Assembly (NCBI GenBank): GCA_036984365.1
Contig: BQXB01000003.1
Location: 1 to 40,000, forward strand
From: Nitrosarchaeum sp.
Lineage (GTDB): Archaea > Thermoproteota > Nitrososphaeria > Nitrososphaerales > Nitrosopumilaceae
Direction: 5' to 3'
Length of the DNA: 40,000 bases
Shown here: positions 26,186-35,581 of the stretch, piece after piece
Layout: the number at the start of each line of letters is the position of its first letter
How positions within the stretch are numbered: position 1 is the first letter of the stretch
Program-made: the position numbers and the translations under genes
Notes under the pieces: generated by a model
The model's input: the letters and a program-made list of their open reading frames with translations, nothing else
Database searches by the model: none
Told to the model about the DNA's origin: nothing

Positions 26186-26698
26186 ATGGGAAATCCTTTA
26201 GGTTTTAGATTACGTGATGAAGACCAAGAGGAATTTTTAAAAATTGTCGATCAAGAAGGAGTATCCGTGTCATCACTTACAGCAAAGATCATTCATGACT
26301 GGTTGAGATTTAGAAGATCAAAACAGCACAGAGGAGATATCACACTTGCAAGTAAAATTCTAAAAAGCAGGCACAATGCAATACAGAAAAAAATGATTCC
26401 CAAGTTAGTAAAAGATGATTCAAAATATATTCTCTCTGAAATGCAGTTTCAGGTAGACAATCTGGATTTTAAAGAATTAACCAAAAGAATCACAGAGTGG
26501 AACAAAGAAAACGGATTGGTGTTTGTAACGAGAAATAGGACGGGCAGCACTGTATTCATGCAAAAACATGATCTTGGCATAGTTTGGTCTGAGATTCAAT
26601 GCAAAATGTATTGCATGATGTACGAATGTATAGGAGAAACAGTACTATCTAAAAAATTTGAGAGAAACTTGTTTAGTTTTGAGATTGTATCTCATTAA
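26186..26698 (+). CDS. RHH-domain regulator (170 aa)
   Basis: LGFRLRDEDQEEFLKIVDQEGVSVSSLTAKIIHDWL is an RHH pattern similar to the N-terminus of 23553..24212. Confidence 0.5.
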   Translation: MGNPLGFRLRDEDQEEFLKIVDQEGVSVSSLTAKIIHDWLRFRRSKQHRGDITLASKILKSRHNAIQKKMIPKLVKDDSKYILSEMQFQVDNLDFKELTKRITEWNKENGLVFVTRNRTGSTVFMQKHDLGIVWSEIQCKMYCMMYECIGETVLSKKFERNLFSFEIVSH

Positions 26699-26926
26699 TC
26701 TTCTTTTTAACATGAAAAGAATCTTTTTCTTATCGACACTGATAAAAAATGAATTTTTACTAAATATGATGCATTACAGATTTTTGGCTTAGAAGAGAGC
26801 CAAATTAGAATTTGAGCGTACTAATTTTAGTTATGACATAGTATGGACAAACTTACGCACAAAAAGTGGGAATGTACTATCGATTTATTACAAAAATGAT
26901 TTGAAATAGAGGAATATTTCCTTTTT

Positions 26927-26944
26927 ATCGACAGAGAATAAAAA
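26927..26944. repeat. Target copy d (distal, probably the ancestral aEF-2 3' end): ATCGACAGAGAATAAAAA
   Basis: 17 of 18 identical to copies a-c. The G-to-A difference at 26938 is synonymous (GAG to GAA, both Glu), so the copy still reads I-D-R-E-stop. Confidence 0.8.
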
Positions 26945-27014
26945 AGCGTCCATTTTTTCAAATGTATCAAATCCTCAGTAATTATTATATCCTATAACAC
27001 AAAAGTTTCGACAT

Positions 27015-28073
27015 ATGAAAAAGGCAAAACAGATGTTTATGATGTCAATTTTATCTTTCACCATAATACTGAGTATGGCTAGTCTATTTGGTGATAATCT
27101 TTTAGATATTCATATTAATTCTGTGTATGCAGATGATGATTCATCAGACAAACAGGAAGACAAGGATGACAAGACGATACGACTTGAAGTGATTTTTACA
27201 GATAAGAACACTGTAATCGAATATGGCGTTGATGGTAAATGGGCAAGATATGAGATGAGCAGCTATGATCTTGATGTTATCGTACCAAAAATGCAGGAAC
27301 TTACTGGATTTTCAGAAGAACAAATTAGAGCCAACATTACTGTAATAGATAACCGTTCAGACAATGATGATTCATCAGACAAACAGGAAGGCAAAATCAA
27401 GATTTGTCATATTGCTCCAGGAAACTCAAAGGAAAATACTATTACCATAAACAAATCTAGCTTGAATGAACACATATCGCACGGTGATTATGAAGGCGAA
27501 TGCAAAAATTCTCGTGATTTAACTGATAAAAAAGATTTTCAATCTGTGAAGGATTCCATCATTGAACGACTTGAAAAGAGAATTGACCATCTTGAAGAAC
27601 GGGTATTGTCATTACTAGGAAAGATTGAAACTGGACAGTATTATGGCAACATATCTAATCAGGACGTCACAACAAATTCTTATGATCTCTCATTTGCAGG
27701 TGTTGCCTCATCTATTGTTGATGTTGGAAACACCGAGAACCTTTCTGGAAAAATCATTCTAGAAAACATTAAGACTGGTCCTAAAGTTTCAAAATTTAAA
27801 GTGGTAGATGGAGAAATTACAATAGGTGATGCTACATATGATCTTATGTTTGGAAAAGCTCGTACATCCGGAGCATCCGAATCTATGATTCTCATTGGGG
27901 AAGTAATAGATAGCGAAGGAAATATTGAAACTCTTAGATTTACACTCAAATTCGATAAATCACTTAGTGATATTGAATCAGAGCCTAGTGGAATTACAAC
28001 CCTGCCTAACAGCAAGATATCTCATCAGTGGAATTTGGATGCCACTGGAGAATTTGCAATAATCCATGGATAA
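27015..28073 (+). CDS. secreted acidic-repeat protein (352 aa) with an ICH-x-PGN...HGD-x-x-G-x-C motif
   Basis: N-terminal hydrophobic anchor. Internal repeat DDDSSDKQEDK / NDDSSDKQEGK. KICHIAPGNSKENTITINKSSLNEHISHGDYEGEC resembles a motif recurrent in secreted bacterial proteins. Confidence 0.6.
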   Translation: MKKAKQMFMMSILSFTIILSMASLFGDNLLDIHINSVYADDDSSDKQEDKDDKTIRLEVIFTDKNTVIEYGVDGKWARYEMSSYDLDVIVPKMQELTGFSEEQIRANITVIDNRSDNDDSSDKQEGKIKICHIAPGNSKENTITINKSSLNEHISHGDYEGECKNSRDLTDKKDFQSVKDSIIERLEKRIDHLEERVLSLLGKIETGQYYGNISNQDVTTNSYDLSFAGVASSIVDVGNTENLSGKIILENIKTGPKVSKFKVVDGEITIGDATYDLMFGKARTSGASESMILIGEVIDSEGNIETLRFTLKFDKSLSDIESEPSGITTLPNSKISHQWNLDATGEFAIIHG

Positions 28074-28542
28074 TTCCATGGTATAATACAGGAAACTATA
28101 CCTATTGGCTCTTGTTTAATGATGCTTGTTCCAGATTTTAGAAATTCATTTGATCTGATTCCTTCCAAAGCGCTTGATGCACCAGCAAAGAATTGTATGT
28201 TATCTATGCCAAACGGCAATTCGGACGTTTTTGTATATGTTATGGGCTTCCCTTGATTTACTGTTTCTACATAAGGAATTTGGTCTTGGTTTTTTTCAAC
28301 CACTTAATACGAAGTAACAAGGATCGTTCGCCTGGAGTCTGATTAGGCCATTTATCTCAATCAAATGCATCTCTTGCAGAATCAATAGCTTTTTTTGCAT
28401 CCTCTCTTGTCCCTTCAGGAACGTTAAATATTATTGTCCCATTGAAAGGATTTATCACATTTGGTTTATTTTCAGATTCACTATTTTCCCATTTACCATC
28501 AATATACATTTGATAGTTTCCTGTTGTTTTTTGAAAAATCAT
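28025..28542 (-). pseudogene. aldehyde dehydrogenase remnant (N-terminal part only, about 160 aa; in-frame stop, frameshift and 3' truncation)
   Basis: YIDGKWENS...VINPFNGTII..VPEGTREDAKKAIDSARDAFD is followed by an in-frame TGA (28354..28356). The sequence then reads DKWPNQTPGERSLLLRIK, shifts frame near 28300, and continues VEKNQDQIPYVETVNQGKP...FFAGAS...EPIGIVSCIIPWNYPW. ALDH similarity ends there, where the convergent gene ends. Confidence 0.75.
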
Positions 28543-28736
28543 TCATCACCTAATGTGATACTTATTGAAAATCTTAAGGTCATAATAGATATTTTACAAT
28601 TAATGTGCATTGATTAAATTATCTAATTTCAAATTATAATCATGTTGCATGATTATCAAAATTGATTTGAATTCAAAATATTGATCTCTTCTATGTCTTT
28701 CCGCTATCTTTGCACTTTTACCTATTGTCCTATTTT

Positions 28737-29945
28737 CTAATTTTTTTCTTTAAATGAATTTCTTAACAATATTGGTGCGATGAAGATTGTTGCCAAAATC
28801 ACAAAGACGATAGTAGAGTAAATTTCATCTGAGAATATTTCAAAGGCTAAACCTATTCCTGCCACAACAAATGCTACCTCTCCCCTTGCAACCATCCCAA
28901 ATCCTATGCGAAATCCGTTCTTATTTTTTAACAAGAGAGCAGCAGGTAATCCACAACCCAGAATTTTAGAAAATACTGCAACCCCAAAAATCACTGCAAA
29001 TAAAGTCCAGTTAATTGATGAGATTTGTGTAATGTCTACATGAGATCCTATTATAGCAAAAAACAATGGAGATACAATTACTTTTAATCTACCTACAAAT
29101 TCTCGTACTTGTACTGCTAGTTTTGATCCTGCAAGACCCATGCCTGCAGCAAAAGCACCTACGATAGGGTTTAATCCGACACTTGCGGCAATAGCACCTA
29201 ATCCAAAGGCAGAACCTAATGCAATGCCTTGTCTTATGCCACGAGCTTCAAGAGTTGATGGATGTGTTTTTGCAATAACATGCACAATCTTTGGCAAAAG
29301 ATAAACTGCACCAAGCAAAATCAAAAACCAAAATCCAACCTCAGTTATGGTAGTTATTACAACTGATTCTACTGTTGGAATTGTTTTTAGAGTTACTATG
29401 GAAATCACTACAGAAAGAATCGCCAGACCTAAAACATCGTCTAATACCGCAGCATTCACCAAAATATTTCCTTCTTTGGTTTTATCTTTTCCCAATTCTT
29501 CTAAAATTACAACTGAGACTGCGATGCTTGTTGCACTTAATGTTGCCCCAATTATTATTGCAACTGTCCAATCAAAGCCCATCTGGAGTACAATAAAATA
29601 TCCTATTGTCAGAGGGATAATCACGCCACATATTCCAATTATTGCAGCATTCGGACCTGCCTTGATTAAATCATGAAATGTAAAATGTAAACCAGCTGAA
29701 AACAAAATGATAATTCCTGAAATTTGCCATAACGCAATCATAACTTCATTTAGTTCTACGATGGGTTTATCAAAAATAGGAAGTATACCACCAAGAGCAG
29801 TTGGACCTAGAACAATTCCAGCAAAAACAAATCCGATAATTTCTGGTATTTTAAAATGAGAACATAACCTTCCCAATAGTAATGCGGGTAAAACTAAAAA
29901 CAAAACCCCTATAATTGTTGGAACTACATCAAATTCTGAAATCAT
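28737..29945 (-). CDS. monovalent cation:proton antiporter (CPA2 / Na+/H+ exchanger family), membrane domain only
   Basis: About 11-12 hydrophobic segments. The N-terminal LLLGRLCSHFKIPEIIGFVFAGIVLGPTALG is typical of Kef/NapA-type exchangers. Confidence 0.75.
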   Translation of the reverse strand: MISEFDVVPTIIGVLFLVLPALLLGRLCSHFKIPEIIGFVFAGIVLGPTALGGILPIFDKPIVELNEVMIALWQISGIIILFSAGLHFTFHDLIKAGPNAAIIGICGVIIPLTIGYFIVLQMGFDWTVAIIIGATLSATSIAVSVVILEELGKDKTKEGNILVNAAVLDDVLGLAILSVVISIVTLKTIPTVESVVITTITEVGFWFLILLGAVYLLPKIVHVIAKTHPSTLEARGIRQGIALGSAFGLGAIAASVGLNPIVGAFAAGMGLAGSKLAVQVREFVGRLKVIVSPLFFAIIGSHVDITQISSINWTLFAVIFGVAVFSKILGCGLPAALLLKNKNGFRIGFGMVARGEVAFVVAGIGLAFEIFSDEIYSTIVFVILATIFIAPILLRNSFKEKN

Positions 29946-30306
29946 TTACTGAATTTTTGTAAATAATTTTATAATAAAACTCTGATTCTAATTTGCAGTG
30001 ATGAAAATCATTGTCATGCCTATTTGCATCCAATTTTATGCCCAAAATGATAGATTAGTTCCTTTGGAGTTGAATTTAGTAGAACTGTTAAATTTCCAAA
30101 ATCAGTTCAATATCTCTGCCTCTAGCTATATTCCAGGCATATGTGTTTAGGAGTATGATATGGAACTTATCGTTACCACCTACTGCAAATTCATGTACCT
30201 GTAAAACAATTCCTTGAATATCTGCGCTGATACCATAAATTATTAGAATTTATGAACATATCCAAGGAATTTCATTAAATAATGTTTTTTGCTATCTTTA
30301 TCATAA

Positions 30307-30340
30307 TTGTAGCATTATCTTGATTGTAGCATTATCTTGA
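30307..30340. repeat. 17-bp perfect tandem duplication: TTGTAGCATTATCTTGA x2
   Basis: Read directly at 30307-30323 and 30324-30340. Lies about 80 nt upstream of the coiled-coil gene. Confidence 0.85.
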
Positions 30341-30421
30341 TTGGAATCATTTAAAATTTATAAAAATGTAAATTTTCTTTATCTGTTTTTTTATACTTGA
30401 CTATCTATACTCAAAAATGAA

Positions 30422-31783
30422 TTGGTTACTGTTAATACTCCAAAACAATTCACTCGAACTCAAATAATTAGAAAGATTCAGAATCTAATAGATACTGATG
30501 GTGGAGATGTTGGGCGATTATCTTACATTTTAGAATGTATTGCCCAACATAAATCACTTTATCGTTCAGATCAGTTGTATTTAGAAAATAAGGTCAATGT
30601 ACCGTTTATGATCGTAGATGAAGAAAAACCCATAGAACATCCAATCCTTTCAAGAATCCAATCTTTGATTAGTTCAGGATCAGGTGATCCTGGAAGATTG
30701 CAATATATTTACGACAAAATATCCCATAACAAACCCCTCTTTAATTCTGATCAAGCTTATCTTGAATCGAAATTAAAATCAAGTGCAGATAATATCAAAA
30801 ATGACTTGATTAATTTTAAGGAGTCATCTGAAGATAATCCTTTCATAAAATCTGACTCAAATAACAAGATAGTTTTAGAAAATACGCCACATACTACAAA
30901 ACTTCGTGGAGTGATGCCAAAAGGATGGAATCCTCCCGAAAACAAGTCAAATGAATTATCTGGATTATATGAAAAAATGAAAACTGAAGAAGAGATGCTA
31001 GAAGATAATAAAAAAATGCATAATGAATTAGAAATACAACGTTCCAAATTAGCACAAATCATTCTAAACAGAAAAGAGTACGAAAAGCAAGTTTTACTTG
31101 AAAAATCTTTGCTAGATGCACAAATTAAAGAAGAATCTATCAATATTCAGAAACAAACCCAGATATCAGAACAGATTCGTTTACAAAAAGATGAGATAGA
31201 AAAAGTCAAAATGGAGCGAAATGAATTAATGAAGGAAATCTCAATTGAGAAAGATCAGGTATCTAAAGAACTGGAAGAACAAAAAAATCAATTATCGCAG
31301 ATATATCTAGAACAAAAAAAAATTGAAAAACAGGTCAAGCAAGAACAATTATCACTTGCAAAAATGATAGAAGAACAAAAAGCAAAGTTACTTAAACAAT
31401 CTCAAATTACACTGGATATTAAAGACAAACAAATAGATCTAGAAAAAGCTAAACAAGAATACCATGAAATTTTATCCCAAGTAAGTGATGAAAAAAATAA
31501 ACTTTTAGAATCAAAAAAAATGAAAAAATTAATCCAATCCCAAGAAAGAGACTTGGCCAGAGCAATAAAAGCAAGATTGAAAATAGATGATATCGTATCT
31601 AAAGAAAAAGAAAAAATTTTAATTAAAACAAAAGAAGAACAAGAAAAACTGCAACTTCAAAGTATGTTGGCAAAACAAATCCTAGACGAAAAAAACACAT
31701 TGGATGAAATAAAACAAAAACGAAAAGAGATTGAAATTGAAATACAAAAATTAAAAAAACAACAACAAGAACTTGAAAATTAG
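30422..31783 (+). CDS. long coiled-coil protein with a duplicated N-terminal motif
   Basis: TTG start is uncertain. Repeats GGDVGRLSYILECIAQHKSLYRSDQLYLENKV and SGDPGRLQYIYDKISHNKPLFNSDQAYLESKL. The C-terminal 270 aa are K/E/Q-rich heptad-like sequence. Confidence 0.6.
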   Translation: MVTVNTPKQFTRTQIIRKIQNLIDTDGGDVGRLSYILECIAQHKSLYRSDQLYLENKVNVPFMIVDEEKPIEHPILSRIQSLISSGSGDPGRLQYIYDKISHNKPLFNSDQAYLESKLKSSADNIKNDLINFKESSEDNPFIKSDSNNKIVLENTPHTTKLRGVMPKGWNPPENKSNELSGLYEKMKTEEEMLEDNKKMHNELEIQRSKLAQIILNRKEYEKQVLLEKSLLDAQIKEESINIQKQTQISEQIRLQKDEIEKVKMERNELMKEISIEKDQVSKELEEQKNQLSQIYLEQKKIEKQVKQEQLSLAKMIEEQKAKLLKQSQITLDIKDKQIDLEKAKQEYHEILSQVSDEKNKLLESKKMKKLIQSQERDLARAIKARLKIDDIVSKEKEKILIKTKEEQEKLQLQSMLAKQILDEKNTLDEIKQKRKEIEIEIQKLKKQQQELEN

Positions 31784-32059
31784 TTTTTTTATAGAAATTA
31801 CCTGTCTCTTTAGGGATTTTATGTTGTAATGATTTTCTGTTCTTTTAACGTCAATTAATCAAATCAATCCTAAATATTTCTAACATCACAGTAAATTCTT
31901 GCCAAATTGCGGAAAACTACATTGCAATGATTAAAAAAAATAGCATGATTGAGATGGATGATCTATTCTTCGCAATTTGAAACAAATAATCTTACCTCTA
32001 TCATACTATACCGCAGACGAGATAAATTATTAAATTATAACATTCTAGAATGTATTGTT

Positions 32060-33997
32060 ATGAAGTTAGGTTTTGTATTTCTGTCAGTTGTACTGATGTC
32101 TTTTTCTAGCATATTGCAAGTTCATGCCGAATCTGGTTCCATTACTATACAAGAATGGGACATTCCGACTCTTGATTCTGCTCCACATGATATTGTTGTT
32201 GGCACAAATGGCACGATATGGTTTACTGAAATCAACACAAACAAGATTGGAATGTTCAATCCTGAAACTGAGGAATTCAACGAATATGAAATACCAACAC
32301 CGTCCTCACGACCTCATGGCCTTGTAACTGATGAATCAGGAAATGTATGGTTTACAGAAGTTGGCGCAGGAAAGATAGGAAAACTTGACATACAAACTAA
32401 AACCATAACCGAGTACCAAACTCCCACTCTAAATTCAGGGCCACACACTCCGATATTTTCTGATCAAAACACGTTGTGGTTTACAGAACAATCAGCATCT
32501 CAAATTGGCAAACTAAACATCAATACTGGTAATATTGAAGAATTCAAAACTATCACTCAATCTGCAAATCCTTATGGGATAATCACAGATGATGGCGGTA
32601 ATGCATGGTTTGCAGAGCTTAATGGACACCATGTAGGAAGAGTAGATGCAGTAACCGGAAACGTTACAGAATATCCTCTTCCAACTGAGAACAGCGGTCC
32701 ACGAAGAATCGCGATTGACAGTAATGGTATTATGTGGATAACGCAGTACAATGTAGGAAAGATAGCAAGTTTTGATCCAACTACAAATGAGATCATAGAG
32801 TATGATACCAGTTCTAAGTCTTCAGGGCCTTATGCAATTTGGGTAGACTCACATGACAATGTGTGGTTTAGTATGACTGGAATCTACAAGATGGGACATC
32901 TTGATCAGACCACCCAAAAAATTGAGGAGTATGATATGCCCTCTCCGCAAACTCACATCAAGTTTATTCACTCAGATGATAACGGCAACATCTGGTTTCC
33001 AAACTATAACAACAACAAGATTGGCGTGATAATGGTTGATACAATACCAAAGTCAACAGACATGCACGACCATCAAGATATGTCCGAATCTCAAGGCATT
33101 GCACACTTTCCACCCCCACTAAAGCAGATTCAAGATGGAGTCAAGCCTACCAGTGTGACTTGTACTGAAGGGCTGGAGCTAGTACTGAAATTCTCAAATG
33201 GTAGTCCTGCATGTATAAAGCCGACATCTACTGAGAAATTGATTGAACGCGGATGGGCAATGCATGTGCTGCCAGACTATAAGAGAAGTGAAAACAACAA
33301 CTCGGAGATATTTACAACTGGAGAATTCGACGTTCAGACAGAAAACGTAAGCTATTTTAAAAACTCCCAAGGATACCTGGCAAAACCTAGTGTCAGTGGA
33401 GAGTATCCTGGAATAATAATGATTCATGAATTCTGGGGATTAAATGACAACATAAAACAGATGGCTGAAAAATTAGCATCTCACGGGTATGTTGTCTTTG
33501 CAGTTGACTTGTATGACGGCAAAGTAGGAACAACAGCTGATGAGGCTCGACAACTGAGAAGCTCCTTTGAACAGTCTCAGTGGACAGAAAACATGAATAC
33601 TGCAGTGTCATATATCGAAGAGAAGTATTCTCCATCAAGTATGGGTTCAATAGGTTGGTGTTTTGGAGGAGGGCAGTCCCTTAATCTGGCACTAAACAAT
33701 GAAGACATGGATGCAACTGTCATCTATTATGGCCAGCTGGTAACAGACGCTGAAGAATTATCACAAATAAACTGGCCAGTATTGGGGATTTTTGCAGAGC
33801 TTGATTCAGGAATACCGCCTGCTACGGTCAACCAATTTGAATCTGCATTAAATAACGCTGGGATAGAAAACGACATCCATATTTATCCTGGAGTAAACCA
33901 CGCATTTGCAAATCCTTCTGGTGACAGATACGCACCAGATGAATCAAAGGACGCATGGCAAAAGACACTGGAATTTTTTAAAAATAACCTGAATTAA
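32060..33997 (+). CDS. secreted fusion: Vgb (streptogramin-lyase)-like beta-propeller repeats plus dienelactone hydrolase domain
   Basis: Start set at MKLGFVFLSVVLMSFSSILQVHA (signal peptide). At least 6 repeats of GP-H-x-hydrophobic-x4-G-x-hydrophobic-WFTE-x5-IGK. The C-terminal PGIIMIHEFWGLNDNIKQMAEKLASHGYVVFAVDLYDG...GWCFGG...H is the DLH pattern. The linker carries CIKPTSTEKLIERGWA. Confidence 0.75.
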   Translation: MKLGFVFLSVVLMSFSSILQVHAESGSITIQEWDIPTLDSAPHDIVVGTNGTIWFTEINTNKIGMFNPETEEFNEYEIPTPSSRPHGLVTDESGNVWFTEVGAGKIGKLDIQTKTITEYQTPTLNSGPHTPIFSDQNTLWFTEQSASQIGKLNINTGNIEEFKTITQSANPYGIITDDGGNAWFAELNGHHVGRVDAVTGNVTEYPLPTENSGPRRIAIDSNGIMWITQYNVGKIASFDPTTNEIIEYDTSSKSSGPYAIWVDSHDNVWFSMTGIYKMGHLDQTTQKIEEYDMPSPQTHIKFIHSDDNGNIWFPNYNNNKIGVIMVDTIPKSTDMHDHQDMSESQGIAHFPPPLKQIQDGVKPTSVTCTEGLELVLKFSNGSPACIKPTSTEKLIERGWAMHVLPDYKRSENNNSEIFTTGEFDVQTENVSYFKNSQGYLAKPSVSGEYPGIIMIHEFWGLNDNIKQMAEKLASHGYVVFAVDLYDGKVGTTADEARQLRSSFEQSQWTENMNTAVSYIEEKYSPSSMGSIGWCFGGGQSLNLALNNEDMDATVIYYGQLVTDAEELSQINWPVLGIFAELDSGIPPATVNQFESALNNAGIENDIHIYPGVNHAFANPSGDRYAPDESKDAWQKTLEFFKNNLN

Positions 33998-34348
33998 TAA
34001 TTTTTGATTCTTTTTTATGTTTTAGATAAAATTAATTCAAGCAGAAAGAACTAAAGCAGAATCAAAGTTGATTTTTGTTTTGCATTTTTATTTCTACAAC
34101 TCTTCTTTTTTATCGTCCCATAAATGTTACATCTGAACATATTTCTGTTGATAATTATTTTTTAATTCAAGTCATCTACTCCTGTTTCTTAAATTGATCA
34201 GTTACTATTTTGTCATAGATCTGTTCTGGAAAATTTTTTATCATTTGAAATTTCTTCTAATGACAAGTTTCTTTTTAAATTATGTCTCGTCATACAATTT
34301 GATTCAATAACCCACAAAGACTAAATCCTTGGATGAGAAAAAAATACA

Positions 34349-35011
34349 TTGTCAAACACTGAAGAGGTAAAAAAACAACGGTTTCAGTTTATTCATAAAC
34401 TTTGGCAAATCACTAGTGGAGATCAAAGTAAAAGAGTGCTAGTGCGGCAAATCGCAGAACCATTAAGATTAAATGAAAATGATGCTCGAATCATTGTTCA
34501 ATATCTAAGTGGAGAAGGATTATTAGAAATTACATCTCACGGTTTTAACGTTCCAAGCTATCTCGATGCTAGTCTGTATATCAAACATAAAGGCGTTATA
34601 GAAGTTGAACAAGCCATCTCAGAACCTGAATCTCCTACAACTCATTTTCCTGCAAGCGTTGTAAATTACATCAATGTTGGAACTATGACTAATTCTAACA
34701 TTGCTCAAGCAAGCTCAGATGCCAACCAAACAATCACGATAACCCCTGATATCAAACACAACATTTCAGAAATAATCGATATGCTAAAAGAATTTCTAAA
34801 TAAGCAGGAATTGCAACAAGAAAAAAGAGATGAGCTTAGATCCGATATTTCAACAATTGCAAGCCAACTTGATTCTCCAAAACCAAAAGCAGGAATACTA
34901 TCTGCAAGTCTTTCTTCTGCAAAAAGCATTTTAGAAAGTGCATCTACAATAGCTGTGACTGTTGCACCCGTAGTGGCACAGATTAGTAGCGTACTTGCTA
35001 TGATTAGATGA
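34349..35011 (+). CDS. hypothetical protein (220 aa)
   Basis: ORF with a TTG start. N-terminal part is possibly wHTH-like, and the C-terminal part is helical and Ser/Ala-rich. No firm motif. Confidence 0.4.
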   Translation: MSNTEEVKKQRFQFIHKLWQITSGDQSKRVLVRQIAEPLRLNENDARIIVQYLSGEGLLEITSHGFNVPSYLDASLYIKHKGVIEVEQAISEPESPTTHFPASVVNYINVGTMTNSNIAQASSDANQTITITPDIKHNISEIIDMLKEFLNKQELQQEKRDELRSDISTIASQLDSPKPKAGILSASLSSAKSILESASTIAVTVAPVVAQISSVLAMIR

Positions 35012-35314
35012 TATTTTTGGTTTGTTTTTTTGCGACAAGTTCATCTTAAAACGATGAATATGAAAAAGAATGATGAGACATATTTACCAATCAAGATGCC
35101 TAAATTTTATCTATGGTAAAACATGACTAGCCACAAAATACGAATCATATAATTCTGTGATTTTTGCCTTGTTGTAGGTTCTACTTGCGCACAATTGTGT
35201 AAATTTATCAATAAAAATGACTTGTATTTGCTGTAATTCATCTTTTTTCCATGTTGTAAAATTTTGCAAGACAAAATCAAGTGATAGATTAACAGTTTTA
35301 AATTACCCTGTTCA

Positions 35315-35572
35315 TTGTATTACATGAGCGCACATAGTGAACGTGCTAAAAGTGGAACCAGATCGCAGATAAGTGCGCAAATTCGTTTTCTACAAACAAA
35401 TATCACAGTAAAGAAAAAAGAGCTTGCAAAAGCGATGGAATTTAAGAAATACAACCTTCCTGGATTTGAAACTCAAATTACAAGAATAAAACAAGGCATT
35501 GCAAAGGCTGAAAAAGACTTGGCAGTGTTTGAGAAACGAAAAGAAAAACTCATAGAAGATGGTCTAATCTAA
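35315..35572 (+). CDS. hypothetical basic helical protein (85 aa)
   Basis: ORF only. Confidence 0.35.
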   Translation: MYYMSAHSERAKSGTRSQISAQIRFLQTNITVKKKELAKAMEFKKYNLPGFETQITRIKQGIAKAEKDLAVFEKRKEKLIEDGLI

Positions 35573-35581
35573 CAATTTAAC

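Larger units (their letters stand above)
21953..26926. mobile_element. Element 3: cas1/polB-less, decayed casposon-derived insertion (about 5.0 kb)
   Basis: The left end TAGAATCCCCCCTTTTGT... is homologous to the casposon 1 left end over about 90 bp, including the identical 11-mer CTTAAGATCAT (5644..5654 and 22032..22042). The right end abuts a fourth target copy with one mismatch. The right TIR is not recognisable (GAGGAATATTTCC instead of a G6-containing terminus). The interior contains pseudogenes. Confidence 0.6.

Noticed and set aside
31949-32059. Track start (MRWMIYSS...) for the Vgb-like/DLH protein
   Set aside because: The internal ATG at 32060 yields a canonical signal peptide (MKLGFVFLSVVLMSFSSILQVHA), and the 37-aa extension has no features.
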